Source: Orbicella franksi
Lineage: Eukaryota
DNA: 64,000 nt
Assembly (NCBI GenBank): GCA_964199315.1
Contig: OZ116708.1
Location: forward strand, 6,448,001 to 6,512,000
Direction: 5' to 3'
Shown: positions 62,401-64,000 of the stretch, piece by piece
How the letters are laid out: the number at the start of each line of letters is the position of its first letter
Position numbering within the stretch: the stretch's first letter is position 1
Notes under the pieces: model-generated
Databases searched by the model: none
Seen by the model: only the letters and a program-made list of their open reading frames with translations
Told to the model about the DNA's origin: nothing
Program-made: the position numbers and the translations under genes

Positions 62401-64000
62401 TCCTCCGTTCCCAGAGAAACCATGTCTGCATTCGAAAGAGCAGACAGTTCCACTATCTGGGGAAAATGTACACATGTGCGGGTAAATAAAACCATTCTGA
62501 GGCGCACTTAGTGAAGAACAGGAACGTACTGAAAAGAAAATTAGGACATAAGAAAATAAATTAATAAAGTAATTAATCAATTAAGTAAATAAACTAATTA
62601 ATTAATAGTTGTTTCAAGTCTTTAAAATAGTTTACAATCACACCGATGTTAATGAGTTTTCTCAAATGATAATAATTTACGCGAAAACTCTGAAATATTC
62701 ACTGCAATGGACCCATTAGCCTTTTAAGTCCCAAGCTGAAACGTTAGATTTTCTAATGTCATTTGGTGGTAAATCGTGACAATATCACTTAGTTGGTGAT
62801 TTCGTTTACTTTCGTCACGTCCTACGTTATTTGCATTGTAACCAGAATTAGATTTTGATCACTCCATAGGATTAATGGGGCTTTTCCAATGAAAGTGATT
62901 TTTGTATCATTTTGCAAAATGCAGTCACGTGTCGCAGTAACCAGTAACTGATCCTCGGGAAGGTAATAAACTAATAAACAAAAAAAAAAAAAGGGAAAGC
63001 TATGCAGAGGGAAGGTTTTGACGGTTGTCAATGGCAACACTGATTAGTTTAGACTACTGTTTCCAAGATATGGAAATCTGAGACGTAGCTCCTTTACGAT
63101 ACTAATCTAAATAGGTTTGGGAATTACAAATTTAACGGGCTTAAGTTAGGAAGTTAAAGTTTGATGCAAAAAGGGAACATAACGTTTACGAACTACTGGT
63201 CGCTTACTTTTACAGGTCGGAATCGATCCGTTCCAGTACCCGGTAAGATGGCCCGGTTTGTGAAGGCAGGTGAGGATCTCGGATCCCAACAAGTTATATC
63301 CATCTTTGCATCTCATTTGACATGTGCAGCCGAAGCTGTTGTCACAGTCTCCCACTAGAAAGCCGTTTAATGGAGGAAACAATGTTTGGCATCGCACAAC
63401 TGTAGAACAAATTACAAAACAACACATGTAACAGCGAGTCTTTCTAACTCGAAAATGGTGATGTCTGGAAATGCCCTTATGGTACAATATTGACCTGCAT
63501 ACTGTTTAGAAGACTCGCGCACACAGAGAGACAATTCGTATTTAATGTGACTTAGTGTGTCGCTGATGGTCGAAAAACAAAAAGTTATGGCCGGTGTTTC
63601 CCGAGGAGAGATCTGCCACAAAATAATGATCAATCTAAATGCCTACTTAGTTGCCAGCTACATCTATATTGAAAACTATCGCAAAAAGCCTTCCTTACGC
63701 GGAATGTTTTGGTTAATAATAAGCAATAGCAATTTGTTTTGCAGGGAGATCTATCATTACTTAGTAAAAAGCTTACTTTCGACCGTGACGTGGAATTTGC
63801 AGATTCTGTAATTTCCTGCTGCGTCACTTGCGTTGTAAATGACCTCATGTCGTCCTTCGTAGAACTTGTTCCCGGAAGGAACACCATGTTTCGTAACATT
63901 GGTTGCCATGCCAGAGTTATCTGTGGCAACCACTACAGGCCAGTTTACAGTGGTATAGTTTTTAGCCCTGTCTGCGTACCTTCTGATGTCACTACTGGGA
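41479..64000 (-). CDS. Gene C: Uninflatable/SVEP1-like giant type-I membrane protein; 5' end beyond the window
   Basis: 21 exons in window with consistent phase and no stop found (~2240 aa): HYR-Sushi2-HYR2-Sushi-furin module-GCC3-EGF21-pentraxin-EGF2-Sushi-furin module-GCC-TM-tail. Confidence 0.92.
42221..42840 (+). pseudogene. Decayed transposon accessory ORF: SAP-like N-terminus + SWIM zinc finger
   Basis: [15 protein letters not shown]...[43 protein letters not shown]...[21 protein letters not shown] (CxC..CxH with one Cys lost); frameshifts. Confidence 0.75.
42841..43882 (-). pseudogene. Decayed THAP-domain transposase N-terminus
   Basis: [19 protein letters not shown]...VRFFHFP...KWLKAC...LCSLHF (THAP C2CH, FP, W); stops and frameshifts; no DDE domain retained. 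Confidence 0.75.
42919..43305. mobile_element. MITE nested in the THAP ORF
   Basis: 15-bp perfect TIR caggggcacccaacg; atttct direct repeat on both flanks. Confidence 0.75.
44201..44309 (-). CDS. Gene C: transmembrane exon
   Basis: [24 protein letters not shown]; phase 1-2. Confidence 0.85.
44610..44774 (-). CDS. Gene C: juxtamembrane GCC2/GCC3 repeat
   Basis: [40 protein letters not shown]. Confidence 0.9.
45266..45338 (-). repeat. tRNA(Thr, GGT)-like pseudogene inside a dispersed repeat (~45165-45420)
   Basis: ggcttgatagctcagttggtagagcactgcaccggtatcgcagaggtcatgcgttcgaatcccgttcaggcc; A/B boxes, imperfect anticodon stem, adjacent (CA)n. Confidence 0.65.
45961..46428 (-). CDS. Gene C: second furin-site module (SEA-like, inferred)
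   Basis: ...[15 protein letters not shown]...QRSKRAV...[16 protein letters not shown]. Confidence 0.85.
46984..47175 (-). CDS. Gene C: Sushi
   Basis: [14 protein letters not shown]...[11 protein letters not shown]...FVCG...W...IPTC. Confidence 0.9.
47661..47900 (-). CDS. Gene C: 2 EGF repeats
   Basis: [49 protein letters not shown]. Confidence 0.9.
48577..48736. mobile_element. Degenerate MITE
   Basis: caggagcgtagctag ... ctggctacacccatg, imperfect TIRs. Confidence 0.4.
49218..49844 (-). CDS. Gene C: pentraxin/LamG-like domain
   Basis: FTIALYLR...GTLFSYSV...[11 protein letters not shown]...VYVD...GGGWVVLGQ...[12 protein letters not shown]. Confidence 0.9.
51033..51894 (-). CDS. Gene C: Ca-binding EGF repeats 14 (second half) to 21
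   Basis: Tandem DIDDC..PC.N.G.C.D....Y.C.C..G..G..C; phase 0-1. Confidence 0.95.
52754..54291 (-). CDS. Gene C: 1538-nt exon with 13.5 Ca-binding EGF repeats
   Basis: Frame translated by hand, open from [10 protein letters not shown] to [10 protein letters not shown]; ORF track shows only the last part. Confidence 0.95.
54775..54936 (-). CDS. Gene C: GCC2/GCC3 repeat 3
   Basis: Not in ORF track: [42 protein letters not shown]...C. Confidence 0.9.
55450..55611 (-). CDS. Gene C: GCC2/GCC3 repeat 2
   Basis: [34 protein letters not shown]. Confidence 0.9.
55938..56099 (-). CDS. Gene C: GCC2/GCC3 repeat 1
   Basis: [41 protein letters not shown]. Confidence 0.9.
56453..56689 (-). CDS. Gene C: first furin module, C-terminal part
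   Basis: [10 protein letters not shown]...[20 protein letters not shown]...[14 protein letters not shown]; phase 1-1. Confidence 0.8.
57341..57409 (-). CDS. Gene C: 69-nt exon with a second furin site
   Basis: ttttccag|[23 protein letters not shown]|gtaggt; phase 1-1. Confidence 0.75.
58368..58604 (-). CDS. Gene C: first furin module, N-terminal part
   Basis: LHYYYGDC...IKQNFIQLL...[11 protein letters not shown]...SRRRRSA. Confidence 0.85.
59636..59824 (-). CDS. Gene C: Sushi (SVEP1-type)
   Basis: [27 protein letters not shown]...WVCG..GTW...FPDC. Confidence 0.9.
60281..60526 (-). CDS. Gene C: HYR
   Basis: [14 protein letters not shown]...[12 protein letters not shown]...[11 protein letters not shown]...CQFTITV. 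Confidence 0.9.
60854..61105 (-). CDS. Gene C: HYR
   Basis: [15 protein letters not shown]...[12 protein letters not shown]...[18 protein letters not shown]. Confidence 0.9.
61420..62220 (-). mobile_element. 5'-truncated L2/CR1-group LINE (RT C-terminus plus 3' UTR) in a gene C intron
   Basis: [12 protein letters not shown]...[11 protein letters not shown]...LQNTAARIV...LGW...F.Y.A..EWNTLP; 3' gggccccactgaaaacc stem-loop-like end; limits approximate. Confidence 0.85.
62331..62528 (-). CDS. Gene C: Sushi
   Basis: [17 protein letters not shown]...CSFECRHGF...CGNDGNW...C. Confidence 0.9.
63208..63399 (-). CDS. Gene C: Sushi
   Basis: [10 protein letters not shown]...[19 protein letters not shown]...YWNGSIPTC. 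Confidence 0.9.
63777..64000 (-). CDS. Gene C: HYR (cut by window edge)
   Basis: [14 protein letters not shown]...[29 protein letters not shown]. Confidence 0.9.

Overview
AT-rich animal genomic DNA with many GT-AG introns and repeats. The repeat families and gene content look cnidarian, probably a stony coral (inference). Three spliced genes for extracellular proteins are arranged <- -> <-. Gene A (minus, 7985->3681) encodes signal peptide, Gly linker, TSP1 and EGF. Gene B (plus, ~9.3-32.9 kb, 26 linked exons, ~2165 aa) is a type-I membrane receptor: three LRP-type YWTD propeller+EGF units with no LDLa repeats seen, then 9 Sushi, 4 HYR, a furin-site module, a GCC2/GCC3 repeat, a TM helix and a tail with NPxY ending QSEV*. 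It carries an in-frame TAG in a YWTD motif. Gene C (minus, >64000->41479, 21 exons and ~2240 aa in the window) is an Uninflatable/SVEP1-like membrane protein: HYR/Sushi, furin module, 3 GCC, 21 Notch-like EGF, pentraxin, 2 EGF, Sushi, second furin module, GCC, TM, tail ending QSEL*. B and C share a collinear 8-module block and nearly identical PDZ-type C-termini. Introns and the 33-41 kb spacer hold LINE fragments, SINEs, MITEs, a ~200-bp satellite inside a TIR element, and a deleted THAP+SWIM two-gene DNA transposon with a nested MITE. Exon boundaries were read by hand from splice consensus and phase.
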